A DNA stretch of 64,000 bases, taken from positions 54,219-118,218 of IMG/VR virus record IMGVR_UViG_3300045988_168611; one strand, written 5' to 3'. Origin of the DNA: a virus. How positions within the stretch are numbered: the stretch's first letter is position 1; each line of letters opens with the position of its first letter. The notes under the pieces are model-generated. The model saw only the letters and a list, made by a program, of their open reading frames with translations. It did not search any database and was not told where the DNA came from. The translations under genes and the position numbers were made by a program. Shown here in pieces: positions 35,138-44,507 of the stretch.

Positions 35138-35205
35138 GTGAGACAGAGAGTTCTGTCAATTCAGGATTCGGGGCATCGATAGATGCCCTGTTAACAAGAG
35201 GGAGA
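35138..35205 (-). promoter_or_regulatory. Conserved upstream element copy A (hairpin GGGCATC/GATGCCC)
   Basis: About 80 percent identical to copy C at 38044-38105. Hairpin arms at 35171-35177 and 35182-35188. Confidence 0.5.
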
Positions 35206-35265
35206 GGTATCCTTGTTGTGGCGTGAGCCAAGCAACAAGAATCCAAGAATCAAGGAGGATGAATC

Positions 35266-36111
35266 ATGAGAATTATGAGCGAGATTGTGGATCCGGAGGG
35301 ATGGCTTGCACTACTCCCCAGACGAATTGATTGGTCAATGAACAGCTATACTCACCCGAAGTGGCTCAAGGTTCCACCTTTTGACGATAATGAGGAAGGC
35401 TCTGATGTGTTGAACCCAGTGGAGAATGTCAGCTCTGCTTTGGTTGATGCGGTTGTTGACTGTATGGCTCGCTTTGCGTTGGGAGTTTCTGTAGAAAAGG
35501 CATTTTCGATGCCTTTGAGGTATTTCCAAGCGCACAGGGGGCGTAGCGAGGCATCGGACCTTATGAATGCCATCAAAGGTCTGGACGACGGATCCATCAT
35601 CAACGCTGTGAAGCTGTTTAGGTTTGCTGACTATGATGATCGTTTTGGTATCGGGCACCTTCCATTTAATGAGGGTATTGAGCCCGATGAAGCGACGATC
35701 CAGAACGTGAGAATGATGGTCGAACGCTCGCTTCGTTTCTTCAAACCGCGTGGCCCAGAGTGGTGGAATGGGAAGATGCCTGAGGGGTTCACGCTCGCGC
35801 GTGAGAGCTTTGTCCCTGTTCGTATACCTGACGGAGACGCTATGTTGCCTGATACCTGTTGGGATCTCAAGGCATCAGAGTCATGCCCGACGACGTATGA
35901 TGTGCTTCGATTGATCATGTACCGTTTTATAGGGATTTGTTCGAATTGCCCATGGTTGTTCCGAGATATTCCCTATCTAGGTGTCTACAACCCCCGTCTG
36001 GATGAAGCCTATCGGATCAACGTTGGCGACATCTCTGAGGATATGATTGCCGAGGTTGAGGGATGTGTGATCTACCACGCTTTGCGTCGATTGCGATCAT
36101 ACCTGATTTAG
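35266..36111 (+). CDS. Hypothetical protein (281 aa)
   Basis: Isolated plus-strand ORF. CAAGGAGGA precedes the ATG and a convergent hairpin lies downstream. Confidence 0.6.
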   Translation: MRIMSEIVDPEGWLALLPRRIDWSMNSYTHPKWLKVPPFDDNEEGSDVLNPVENVSSALVDAVVDCMARFALGVSVEKAFSMPLRYFQAHRGRSEASDLMNAIKGLDDGSIINAVKLFRFADYDDRFGIGHLPFNEGIEPDEATIQNVRMMVERSLRFFKPRGPEWWNGKMPEGFTLARESFVPVRIPDGDAMLPDTCWDLKASESCPTTYDVLRLIMYRFIGICSNCPWLFRDIPYLGVYNPRLDEAYRINVGDISEDMIAEVEGCVIYHALRRLRSYLI

Positions 36112-36115
36112 AAAC

Positions 36116-36182
36116 ATAGCCCCTCTGAGACAGCGCCAACGCCTGTTTATTAACAAGCGAGGCTACGTCCCAGAGGGGCTAT
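36116..36182. terminator. Bidirectional hairpin between convergent genes
   Basis: ATAGCCCCTCTG (36116-36127) pairs with CAGAGGGGCTAT (36171-36182). Confidence 0.55.
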
Positions 36183-36213
36183 CTGTGTTGTTGGGCTAGG
36201 ATCTCATCACAGA

Positions 36214-37077
36214 TCACAGATCGACAGGACGGAAGTCCTGCGTGATGAGGTGCTTCGCGCACTGCAACGGCGAGCACTTATCGAAGTACTCCCACTGTGT
36301 CATACCACTCATGATCTGGCAGGCTGCCCTCAGGACGATCGGCGGCCTGTAATCCCATGACGTTTCATCGCACAGCTTTTCCGGTGTGAGATCCTCCAGC
36401 GGGGTGGGCCACACATCCAAACAGTCAATCCTGTTGATGTTCACGCCATACACCGTTGCACAGTCCTGGATGTAACCCGGCATGATGAGCGACGGGAAAT
36501 CCCACGATGTGTCGCGGCGCTCCGCATCAGCTTCAGCTGCCTTCTTGTGAGCCCACTTGCCCTTGGTGAGACCAGGCAAGTTGATCTGATCCACGGGTGC
36601 CATGACAGCCATCTTACCCAGCTTGTCTGCGTTGTCATCGGACTGGGCAGAGTCGACAGTGCATGCCACAGGACGGCACTCGGCGGGCGAGTGTACAGTC
36701 TTCATCTTTGTCGCATGCGCGAGAGCACACTCAGCTGCCCATTCACCGAGAATACGGGGAATGATGACACAGCCATCTGTGTTCCAGCCCCAGAAGAGCG
36801 CACCCTGAACAGGCTCGTCCTGGTACGCCGCCGACTTGTAGATCAGCCTGTCGCGCCTCGACGGGATGAGCACAGAGCCTTCCCAGTAATGGTCGCCGTC
36901 TGAGTCTTCGTCGAATGCTTCGACGAGAATGCCGCCGTAACCGAGGTCGTAGACATCTGCCGCTCGGTGGTAGTAGCGGATGTCTTCAAGTTCCTTGATG
37001 AGATCGCTTCCCGCTTCTGTCATGGACAGAGCCTGGATCATGGTGTGGGCCGCTTCATGGTTGACTTGGTTCAACAT
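36214..37077 (-). CDS. Hypothetical protein with N-terminal HExxH motif (paralog of 55572-56732)
   Basis: N-terminus HEAAHTMIQALSMTEAGSDLIKELEDIRYYHR aligns with HEFTHNMIAGLSFTKEGRALVENLEAMRYYHR of the other gene. Confidence 0.6.
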   Translation of the reverse strand: MLNQVNHEAAHTMIQALSMTEAGSDLIKELEDIRYYHRAADVYDLGYGGILVEAFDEDSDGDHYWEGSVLIPSRRDRLIYKSAAYQDEPVQGALFWGWNTDGCVIIPRILGEWAAECALAHATKMKTVHSPAECRPVACTVDSAQSDDNADKLGKMAVMAPVDQINLPGLTKGKWAHKKAAEADAERRDTSWDFPSLIMPGYIQDCATVYGVNINRIDCLDVWPTPLEDLTPEKLCDETSWDYRPPIVLRAACQIMSGMTQWEYFDKCSPLQCAKHLITQDFRPVDL

Positions 37078-37102
37078 GGTTGTTTCCTTTGAGTGTGAAT
37101 TG

Positions 37103-37165
37103 TGGATGAGAGTAGGACTCAGTTCTGCGATCGGGACATCGCAGATGTCCTGCTAACAAGACACA
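37103..37165 (-). promoter_or_regulatory. Conserved upstream element copy B (hairpin GGACATC/GATGTCC)
   Basis: A diverged copy. The stem carries compensatory changes relative to copies A and C (37134-37140 and 37144-37150). Confidence 0.45.
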
Positions 37166-37285
37166 GTGGTGAGAGAAGAAAAAAATAGCTCCCCCACCCC
37201 GCCTCATTCTCTGTCGAGCGTGTGTCACCACACTGCTCTGAGAGAGGGTGGGGGTAGGGGAGCTATCTGGAGACGGTGTTACTGC

Positions 37286-37555
37286 TCAGTCTTCGTACTC
37301 GTAGTACTCGCGAGCACTACGGTAGTAGCCCTTGAGCGAGTTCCTGAGTTCCTGACGCTTGCTACGCTTCTTAGCACGACGAGCAGCAACCCTGGCCTTG
37401 CCGGGTGCATCGCCGCAGCAGACACAGTCACGGCCACCAGGGCCGTACGGGCACGTGCACCCAATCATGGTCACGTGAGTGGGGCTCGCCAGAGCCAGAG
37501 CGTCGAGCATAGTAGATATGTCAGTGTTGTGGGAACGCTTGTTACGACGAGGCAT
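37286..37555 (-). CDS. Small Cys-rich basic protein (paralog of 45697-45897)
   Basis: The shared pattern is a CxC and CxCC cysteine cluster followed by GKAR(V/I)AARRA.KR.KRQEL. A long hairpin (about 37185-37270) lies downstream. Confidence 0.55.
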   Translation of the reverse strand: MPRRNKRSHNTDISTMLDALALASPTHVTMIGCTCPYGPGGRDCVCCGDAPGKARVAARRAKKRSKRQELRNSLKGYYRSAREYYEYED

Positions 37556-37614
37556 GATTCATCCTTGTGTGTGTAGTTGTTGGTTGAGTGGGTAGTGGGT
37601 GAAAGTGGGTTGGT

Positions 37615-38013
37615 TCAGAGCTCGATGGGATCGTCGCCCCAGTACGTAACGTTCTCGTCGCGTAGAGTCTGGATAGCCTTCTGGTCGGAGTTAGGCGATG
37701 TGGCGACATAGAGCGCGTTGATGAGTTTGCGCAGACGTGCTGATGTCGTCTCGTCGTGATTGAATGCGCCCGGTACAATGAAGACCTTCGGGGGCTTGTT
37801 TCGAGACGGGTCGTAATCAGGACGAAGCCGCACTGTCGCGATGAAGGTTCGGGAGGCGAAAACCCTGTAGTCGATCGCCGTAGGAGTGAGTCGGGTCATC
37901 TGTACGATGGTGAAATCCCCTGCGATCGGAATGATCATGGGTTGGTCGCGCAGCAGCTCCTGCGCTGCTGCGTCGATGTCAGCGAGGATGGTAGACGACT
38001 GTGACTGAGTCAT
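37615..38013 (-). CDS. Hypothetical protein (paralog of 46029-46421)
   Basis: ILADIDAAAQELLRDQPMIIPIAGDFTIV aligns with ILTRIDKAARELLYDQPDGIIPVSGNFTIV. Confidence 0.6.
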   Translation of the reverse strand: MTQSQSSTILADIDAAAQELLRDQPMIIPIAGDFTIVQMTRLTPTAIDYRVFASRTFIATVRLRPDYDPSRNKPPKVFIVPGAFNHDETTSARLRKLINALYVATSPNSDQKAIQTLRDENVTYWGDDPIEL

Positions 38014-38043
38014 GGTTTTGTTCCTTCTGGAGATAAAGAGTGG

Positions 38044-38105
38044 TGACAGAGAGTATCTATCAGTTCAAGATTCGGGGCATTGATAAATGCCCTATATATA
38101 GGAGA
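38044..38105 (-). promoter_or_regulatory. Conserved upstream element copy C (hairpin GGGCATT/AATGCCC)
   Basis: Hairpin arms at 38075-38081 and 38086-38092. Lies upstream of the 38013 start. Confidence 0.5.
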
Positions 38106-38118
38106 GGGAGGAAAAGAG

Positions 38119-38221
38119 AAAAAAAAAGGGGGGGGGTAGGCGAGAGATCAGAAAACTAACCCCTCTGAGACGTACCTGCGATCGTGCTGATCACATACTG
38201 TCTCTATCCCCCCGGGGGGGG
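38119..38221. repeat. Homopolymer tracts A9G9 (38119-38136) and C6G8 (38208-38221)
   Basis: Read directly from the sequence. They lie in the intergenic region downstream of the gene ending at 38231. Confidence 0.8.
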
Positions 38222-38230
38222 TGCTGTTAC

Positions 38231-38788
38231 TCAGATCGAGATCTTGTACCGATCGAAGCGAGGATCTCGGTTCGGGTAGAACCTGAGAGGCGTGATCGTC
38301 TCATAGAGATTCCAATCCCACAGCACCCTGTTCAGTGCGTAGGTCGTGTTTCGCGCTTCCTGTCGAGTTTTGTGATCAAGCGATGTATCGTCCTTCATCT
38401 CATAGCATCGATCAAGAAGCGCATCGATCTGCTCTCGTGTGGGTTGCTTGTTGAGAGTCTCTCGGACAAGTCCAGAGAGCTTGTCCCATGCAATGATGAC
38501 CTTTTCGCAGCGAATACGATCATGCTTATCTGCGATTGCCATCGCGTGAACGTCCGGTTCCACCTTATTGATCATCTGCTCGAACTCAGTATCGCTACGA
38601 GCAATTTCGGCAACCTGAGGGTAGATGTGGGTGAGCATGATCGTCTCAAAGCGATGCGCTCGCTCCATCCAGTCAGCCATCTCGTCGACGGCCTTGTGGT
38701 GGTAGACGAGACATGAGGTCCAGTCGTTCCAAGGGGTGTTTGTTGCGGAGAGGATCCTGTGAAGGAGAGGGTGAGCGGGTGCACCCAT
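38231..38788 (-). CDS. Hypothetical protein (185 aa)
   Basis: Start at ATG 38788 follows AAAGGAGA. Confidence 0.6.
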   Translation of the reverse strand: MGAPAHPLLHRILSATNTPWNDWTSCLVYHHKAVDEMADWMERAHRFETIMLTHIYPQVAEIARSDTEFEQMINKVEPDVHAMAIADKHDRIRCEKVIIAWDKLSGLVRETLNKQPTREQIDALLDRCYEMKDDTSLDHKTRQEARNTTYALNRVLWDWNLYETITPLRFYPNRDPRFDRYKISI

Positions 38789-38816
38789 GGTGTTGTCTCC
38801 TTTTCTGTGTTGTGAT

Positions 38817-39008
38817 TTATATTGATAGCGCCAGGTTGAGGACAACAGGTGTCATGACGATCGCCATGATCGCGCTTGCAACGAGCACAGACTTACCGAT
38901 GCAGATCATGTCCTGCTTCGTGATCGTGAGAGCACTTGCTTCAGCCGGATCGAGATGCCTGGTTTGATGGGTGTCACCAAGGATCCAGCCGGTGATTGCG
39001 TTCAGCAT
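38817..39008 (-). CDS. Small C-terminally anchored membrane protein (63 aa)
   Basis: Start trimmed to ATG 39008, which follows AAGGCAGGA. TM segment VLVASAIMAIVMTPVVLNLAL. Confidence 0.45.
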   Translation of the reverse strand: MLNAITGWILGDTHQTRHLDPAEASALTITKQDMICIGKSVLVASAIMAIVMTPVVLNLALSI

Positions 39009-39036
39009 ATTTCCTGCCTTGTCTTGTGATGTCTGG

Positions 39037-39927
39037 TTAGTATCCGATGCCGAGCATCTGCTCGACACGGCGGTTGTTGCGTGGCATACCGACGCCTCGC
39101 AGGTAGTCGTCGACCATGTTCTTCGTCGCATGGGCCCGAGAGAGCACATCGCGTGGAACATACGGATCTCGCATGGGTCCGTATTCTGCCCAGGTCTTGC
39201 CGGTTCCTTCCTGCACGAGGTAGAAATCGTAATGGCGATTTAGAGTGGGAATATCAGCATACGTGTTACCCCAGGTGTAACTCACGCCAGAGCCTCTGGT
39301 GGGGTTCTGCGAGTAACACGTGCCTTCGACATGTCCGGGGCAGATGTCTTCCAACCCGATGCATTCGATGTAGTCATCGAATCCCTGGAAGCCGGTCATA
39401 CCGAGGACGATGGCGTGACCGACGCAGCTTTCTGCACTTTCATGAGACTTACCTCGTCGAGCCAGCAGTACGCTACCAACTGTGAGCTGTGCTAGATCAT
39501 CAACCGGCACCATCTGCCGGATAACATCTGCAACCTTACTCTTGCGAGCAGGCTCCGACACCTTCCACTCAATCTTGTTGAGCGCTTCGTAGAACTCATT
39601 GTTGAGCTCATAACGGATGGTGCCGCTGTAGGTACGATCGTTGTCGTAGCATTCCTTGGTGGCATCGTGGATGTCCATCTCAGCATGGGTGTTGTACACA
39701 CGCAGAGGTCCGCACGCGAGTGCGTTGTGCACGCACTGGACCTCATTGTGTCGGTACTCAGTGTGGTCGGGGTGCACGATCTTGGTGGGATTCTCGTACA
39801 ATCCGTCGAAGAAACGGAACTTCGAGATGTGTGCCCACGTGACGAACATGTCACGCTTCTCCTGCTTGTTCTTGGGTTCGGATCCGGGAGCAGGCGTAAA
39901 CGTTGCTCCGGGGAATGAGGTGGTCAT
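39037..39927 (-). CDS. Hypothetical protein (296 aa)
   Basis: Clean ORF, no motif recognised. Confidence 0.65.
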   Translation of the reverse strand: MTTSFPGATFTPAPGSEPKNKQEKRDMFVTWAHISKFRFFDGLYENPTKIVHPDHTEYRHNEVQCVHNALACGPLRVYNTHAEMDIHDATKECYDNDRTYSGTIRYELNNEFYEALNKIEWKVSEPARKSKVADVIRQMVPVDDLAQLTVGSVLLARRGKSHESAESCVGHAIVLGMTGFQGFDDYIECIGLEDICPGHVEGTCYSQNPTRGSGVSYTWGNTYADIPTLNRHYDFYLVQEGTGKTWAEYGPMRDPYVPRDVLSRAHATKNMVDDYLRGVGMPRNNRRVEQMLGIGY

Positions 39928-39990
39928 GATGGTTCTTTCTATTGTTGGGGTTTGACGGTAGCGATCAGTGTTGGCGTGCTACATGTGCGC

Positions 39991-40287
39991 TTAGTTGCGA
40001 CCACGGATACGCTTGCATATTGCCTCAGTGGCGACGTAGGCCAAGAGGGCTGATAGTGTGAATGTGGCTGCTGACATTGCGGTGTGGTGCCATGCGCGCG
40101 GCGCGACGGTGGGTGCATCTTCAGCGTTGTTGCTGTTGTTGTTGTTGGTAGGGGTGCCGTCGGTGACGGGTGTGCGGATCTCGTCGACGAGGGGTGTGTA
40201 CCCTGCGTTGCATCCGGTTGAAGACTGCTCTTCGAGTTCGTCATCGTCCAGCATGCGCATCCACATCATGGCAGGAAGCCAGCTCAT
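39991..40287 (-). CDS. Small tail-anchored membrane protein (98 aa)
   Basis: Acidic N-terminus, an N-rich linker and the C-terminal TM segment AATFTLSALLAYVATEAI. Confidence 0.45.
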   Translation of the reverse strand: MSWLPAMMWMRMLDDDELEEQSSTGCNAGYTPLVDEIRTPVTDGTPTNNNNSNNAEDAPTVAPRAWHHTAMSAATFTLSALLAYVATEAICKRIRGRN

Positions 40288-40318
40288 AATGTTGTGTTCT
40301 TTCTACTCTGTTCTGTTG

Positions 40319-40969
40319 TTATGCAGGAAGCTCGCCTTCGTAGAGATCGATGATCCGTGTCGATGACATAGCGCCGTTGTATTCGACTGACGCCTTCGGG
40401 TGCTTCAACTGAGCGATACTGTACGTGATCTCCTTACATGTGATAATTTCTTCGCTGGCGAAGCCGTAAGCCCTGAGCGAGCCCCAATCGCCCGCGAAGA
40501 ACGTGAACAGATTGCTATCGAGATCCCACAAGTACGACACTGCGTCCTGTGCATGTCGGTGCTCCTTGACGAACTGCTCGGCAGAGCGTCGCGTATGGAA
40601 TGTGTTCGCATTGCCTGTCAGTGCGAACGTACCGTCACCATGGTCGAGACCGAGACGGTACTCCTTGTTGCTGTCCTCGTGGTTGTGAGCCACGATGCTG
40701 TAGCCGCCTTCCATGGGGCGAGAACGGTTGTAGAATCTGTAGTCTTCGTCCATGAGATCGAACGCACTGATGTGCGACATGCTCCGAACCGTCTTTTCGA
40801 GACAGTTGAGGAACTCAGTCTGGCTGTATCCGTCCTTGCCCGCGTGCTGCAACGCGAACTTGATGATCTCAGCGATGTGCAGACTCCACTGGACAGTGGT
40901 GAGGTGGACGACGAAACGACCTGTGTTTTCGTCTTTGTTGATCGTGGCGTGTACGCCGCGCTGGCCCAT
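40319..40969 (-). CDS. Hypothetical protein (216 aa)
   Basis: Start at ATG 40969 follows AAGGAG. The upstream track extension covers a terminator hairpin (about 41011-41050). Confidence 0.6.
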   Translation of the reverse strand: MGQRGVHATINKDENTGRFVVHLTTVQWSLHIAEIIKFALQHAGKDGYSQTEFLNCLEKTVRSMSHISAFDLMDEDYRFYNRSRPMEGGYSIVAHNHEDSNKEYRLGLDHGDGTFALTGNANTFHTRRSAEQFVKEHRHAQDAVSYLWDLDSNLFTFFAGDWGSLRAYGFASEEIITCKEITYSIAQLKHPKASVEYNGAMSSTRIIDLYEGELPA

Positions 40970-41075
40970 GGTGTGTACTCCTTCTTTTTTATCTTTGTGC
41001 TGTGTATATGAGAGGGGGAAGGGTAGCATTTATCCGCCCTTCCCCCTCTCCTGCTCTATGACCCTTGATCAGCCC

Positions 41076-41639
41076 TCACCACGTGAGGTGGAACATGATC
41101 GGGTCAGGGTACAACCGATCGAGCTTCAGGATCGGCTCAACGAAGCTAACCGTGCGTTCCAAGAACGCGCGGTAATCTTTGAAGTCAACCTGCTTGAGCA
41201 TCTCGAAAGGAACCGGGAGATTCATCTCGATCGCGCGCAGGATGACATCAGCCGACTTGTCGTTGTCTGCGTATGCAGCGTTGTTGAGCACGCGCCGCAT
41301 GGCCTGGCAGCTAGAGATGAGATCATCGAGCTGACCAAGATCGCTGATTCGGTAGCCCTGGTACAGATCAGCCTGGTCAGGTTCATCCATGTAGTTCGCA
41401 GCAGTCTTCTTGAAGAAATGGGACAGGGCGTTAGCCTCTGCACCATTCCACTGAGCGAGCAGTTCCTCATAAGGAAGCTGCTCGATGACGTCACGCATGT
41501 CTCCCAGCTTCATCGATGCAGCAAGATGTGCAGTCATCGACGGGTACATGTTCGCAAGTGCGATCTGACGCAGTTCCATCTGCGTGTTAGGCGGGACATC
41601 CGAAATGTCTCGGAGGTAAACAAGCTGTGCTCCGTTCAT
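41076..41639 (-). CDS. Hypothetical protein (187 aa)
   Basis: Clean ORF. Confidence 0.6.
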   Translation of the reverse strand: MNGAQLVYLRDISDVPPNTQMELRQIALANMYPSMTAHLAASMKLGDMRDVIEQLPYEELLAQWNGAEANALSHFFKKTAANYMDEPDQADLYQGYRISDLGQLDDLISSCQAMRRVLNNAAYADNDKSADVILRAIEMNLPVPFEMLKQVDFKDYRAFLERTVSFVEPILKLDRLYPDPIMFHLTW

Positions 41640-41674
41640 GATGAGGGCACTCCTTCCTATGATTGTATGAGGGG

Positions 41675-42346
41675 TTAGTCAGTGATAGTGGTCGATTCTG
41701 TGTTCCTGATCAGATCAATGATGCGATCCAGACCGAGACGTAGGAAGGATGTTTCCTGACTTTCCGGGACGCCGTGCGTGCGCATCTCGTTGACAGTGTC
41801 GCTATTGAGTCTGCGATTCTTAGCAGCCAACGAGATGCCCATCTGGATGGCAAGGGATCGCATCGTAGCGATGGCAACGCCCCTGGTGATCCTGATCTCG
41901 CGGATCTTATCAACCCTGTTACGCGGCTGTCCGCCAACCAGGTAAGTCGTACGATCACTACCCCCAGAAAAGATTGGCGTTGTAGCGATCGTGAGTTTCC
42001 AGCCGATCGGGATGTACCGAGTGTGGTACTGCGTGTAGAGATGTCCTAGCTCCACAGATACAGTAAGAGTCTTCGTGTCGGAGCCGTTCGTGTCTGTGAC
42101 AGACATCGTGAGATGTGTGTGATCTCCGTTGCCCCATCCCGAGTCCGGGGTGAACTCAGTGTTGATTGTGTGCGTCTTATCATCCCAGTCGAGCTCGGCC
42201 ATGTACTGCACATCGTTGAAGATGCTATGACCGACGATCGGGATGGACCCGAGCGTTTCCAGAAGCATCTCGGTGTTGTCTCGCGAGAGCTGTTCCATCT
42301 GTGTGAAGAGATCGTAACCACGATCGTAAGAGTGCCTGAGTCGCAT
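41675..42346 (-). CDS. Hypothetical protein, LDWDD.TH family member 1
   Basis: Shares ELDWDDKTH and its overall length with the genes at 43134-43772 and 43793-44398. Start trimmed to ATG 42346. Confidence 0.6.
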   Translation of the reverse strand: MRLRHSYDRGYDLFTQMEQLSRDNTEMLLETLGSIPIVGHSIFNDVQYMAELDWDDKTHTINTEFTPDSGWGNGDHTHLTMSVTDTNGSDTKTLTVSVELGHLYTQYHTRYIPIGWKLTIATTPIFSGGSDRTTYLVGGQPRNRVDKIREIRITRGVAIATMRSLAIQMGISLAAKNRRLNSDTVNEMRTHGVPESQETSFLRLGLDRIIDLIRNTESTTITD

Positions 42347-42390
42347 GGCTATGTCTTTCTTTTTGTGGGTTGGGTGTAAGTGAGAATGTG

Positions 42391-42597
42391 TCAGTACGGA
42401 CGCCGAACGACGGTGATGCGTGTGGCCCAGGCGCGGATCTGGTCTGCGTCGATGACAGCACCGTCTCCGTGACGATGCCATTTCTTGTCGAGCTTTTTGC
42501 CCAGTGTGACGACGTACGATCCGGTGTCATCAATGTGCATGACATCGATGACTGTGCCGATCGGCAAAGTGTTGAGGTTGATCTTCTGGTATGCCAT
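42391..42597 (-). CDS. Hypothetical small protein (68 aa)
   Basis: Fits the gap exactly and lies on the same strand as its neighbours. Confidence 0.5.
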   Translation of the reverse strand: MAYQKINLNTLPIGTVIDVMHIDDTGSYVVTLGKKLDKKWHRHGDGAVIDADQIRAWATRITVVRRPY

Positions 42598-42602
42598 GGT
42601 TC

Positions 42603-42962
42603 TCAGCTTTCGGGTACATGGATGATCATGAGCTCAGCGGCGTGCTCGAAGATGGTATCGTCGATAGAAATAGGCATGCGAGGGTACGGGTATTCACTCT
42701 CGATGGGCACGCGCATCCATCCCTTGTTCTCCTTGCGGAAGTACAATGGATTCGCATAGAAGTGTCCTGGGTTAATCTTGGGATCAACCTTGAGAACAGT
42801 ACCCTCAGGGAGACTGCCCAGATCGTTTGGATCGATGTCAATCTCTTCGAACAGAGGCTGGTCATCGTTGTCCCAGAATGGACCAAAGTAGGGAAGTTCT
42901 GGGACGATGCCCTTTTCGGAGATCTCGCGACCGATGTCGGTCTGCATCTTGATGACGTGCAT
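42603..42962 (-). CDS. Hypothetical protein (119 aa)
   Basis: Start trimmed to ATG 42962, which follows GAAAGG. The track extension covers hairpins at 43024-43043 and 43068-43106. Confidence 0.55.
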   Translation of the reverse strand: MHVIKMQTDIGREISEKGIVPELPYFGPFWDNDDQPLFEEIDIDPNDLGSLPEGTVLKVDPKINPGHFYANPLYFRKENKGWMRVPIESEYPYPRMPISIDDTIFEHAAELMIIHVPES

Positions 42963-43133
42963 GACGATGCACCTTTCTGTTTGTGATAGTAAGAGAGGGA
43001 GAATTCTTCTCAGTGTGATTATCGGAGCATCATCAGATGCTCCAGATATATTCAAGAAAAGAAACAACCCCTCATCCATATCATTAGGTATGTATGCGGA
43101 TGAGGGGTCTATCAAAGAGAAGAGCACAGCATG

Positions 43134-43772
43134 TCAGTTATCGTTACACGCCTGTTGCATCTTCGCGATGTGAGGTCGGATGGCGTTCTCCAGGAGGTTC
43201 CTGAAGTATTCTGCGCCGAATCGCACGAAAAGCTTCTCGGTGCTGTCCAGCATGCCGTAGTCCTTCGCTTCTTCGATGAACGTCCCACCAATGTAGTCAT
43301 TGTCAATGGCCAGTTGGATACCTCGCTGGATAGCAAGTCCTCGAAGGATAACGAGAACAAGACTTTCATGGACGGGTAGTTCATTGATCGATCGCTCGTC
43401 GCTTCCATCGAATAGCTTGATGTCCCAGCTTACGGGGATGTACGCGAAGGAAGGGTGTCCAAGGCTCTGAACAGCGAAGAGCACAGACATGTTGAGCGTG
43501 ATGTTGAAACCGGTGACAGTAATCGTCAACCGCACACGGGTTCTGCCCGTTTCTGGGTCAATCACGGTGTTGGCGTGGACCTGATGAGTCGTATCGTCCC
43601 AGTCGAGATCGAGAATGGTCGTCATATTCTTATGGACGTAGTATCCATCGTACGGGAGCATGCCGAGCATTCCCAGAATCATCTTGGAGGTGTGGCGCGA
43701 GAGTTCTTTCATCTGCGTTGTGAAGAAGTCTTTGTACGCGATGTATTTGTCGCGTTTGTGATAGAGCTGCAT
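43134..43772 (-). CDS. Hypothetical protein, LDWDD.TH family member 2
   Basis: Carries LDLDWDDTTH. Paralog of 41675-42346 and 43793-44398. Confidence 0.65.
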   Translation of the reverse strand: MQLYHKRDKYIAYKDFFTTQMKELSRHTSKMILGMLGMLPYDGYYVHKNMTTILDLDWDDTTHQVHANTVIDPETGRTRVRLTITVTGFNITLNMSVLFAVQSLGHPSFAYIPVSWDIKLFDGSDERSINELPVHESLVLVILRGLAIQRGIQLAIDNDYIGGTFIEEAKDYGMLDSTEKLFVRFGAEYFRNLLENAIRPHIAKMQQACNDN

Positions 43773-43792
43773 AAGTGAAGTCTCCCTGTGAT

Positions 43793-44398
43793 TTATTGAT
43801 TGTTCTGCTTATATTTCTCTGGGTTCATGACGTTTTCGATGAGGTCAATCAATCCAAGTTTGGCCCACGTATCTTCCTGTGTCTTGAATGCATTGTTCTG
43901 TGTGTAATCACGCGGCTGAACGATCTTACCCTGAGCAATGGTTCGTTCGTTGTCACGGAAGATGTATCGTTGGATGAGCAGTTCTCGGAGCACGGCAGCC
44001 ATGATTCCCCACGTGATGGTGAATTCCTTGAGAACGCGCCCCTTCTTGGTGATGGTGATTGCCCATGCCATGGGTTCGTAATACAGGGCAACCTGTTGCG
44101 TGCAGTCGAAATCAACTGTCATGTCAACACAGGTATCGACATCAGACTCCACAGAGATGTGCAACGTAGTGGTTCCATTGCTACCACTCAGATCTGGTGT
44201 GTATGTGACATCGAGTGAATGCGTCGCATCGCTCCAATCCAGTGTGATCGCATCATTGATGATGTCGTGGATTTGCTGACCCCTTTTCTGGGGAGTGATG
44301 AGCGTCAGTGCTGATAGGAGCATGCGCCCCGTTGTGCGGTTGATGCACATGATGTCACGCTTGAAGTCGAACTTTTCTGGATGGGGTTTGTAGTCCAT
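43793..44398 (-). CDS. Hypothetical protein, LDWDD.TH family member 3
   Basis: Carries TLDWSDATH. Paralog of the two genes above. Confidence 0.65.
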   Translation of the reverse strand: MDYKPHPEKFDFKRDIMCINRTTGRMLLSALTLITPQKRGQQIHDIINDAITLDWSDATHSLDVTYTPDLSGSNGTTTLHISVESDVDTCVDMTVDFDCTQQVALYYEPMAWAITITKKGRVLKEFTITWGIMAAVLRELLIQRYIFRDNERTIAQGKIVQPRDYTQNNAFKTQEDTWAKLGLIDLIENVMNPEKYKQNNQ

Positions 44399-44507
44399 GA
44401 TTTATCCTTTTTTCTTGGTTGGTAGATAAGTAGGTAGAGATACACAAACCCCTCCAACACACAGTGTTTCTATGCGCTGAAGGGGCTGGCGTGAGATCAG
44501 ACTGCGA

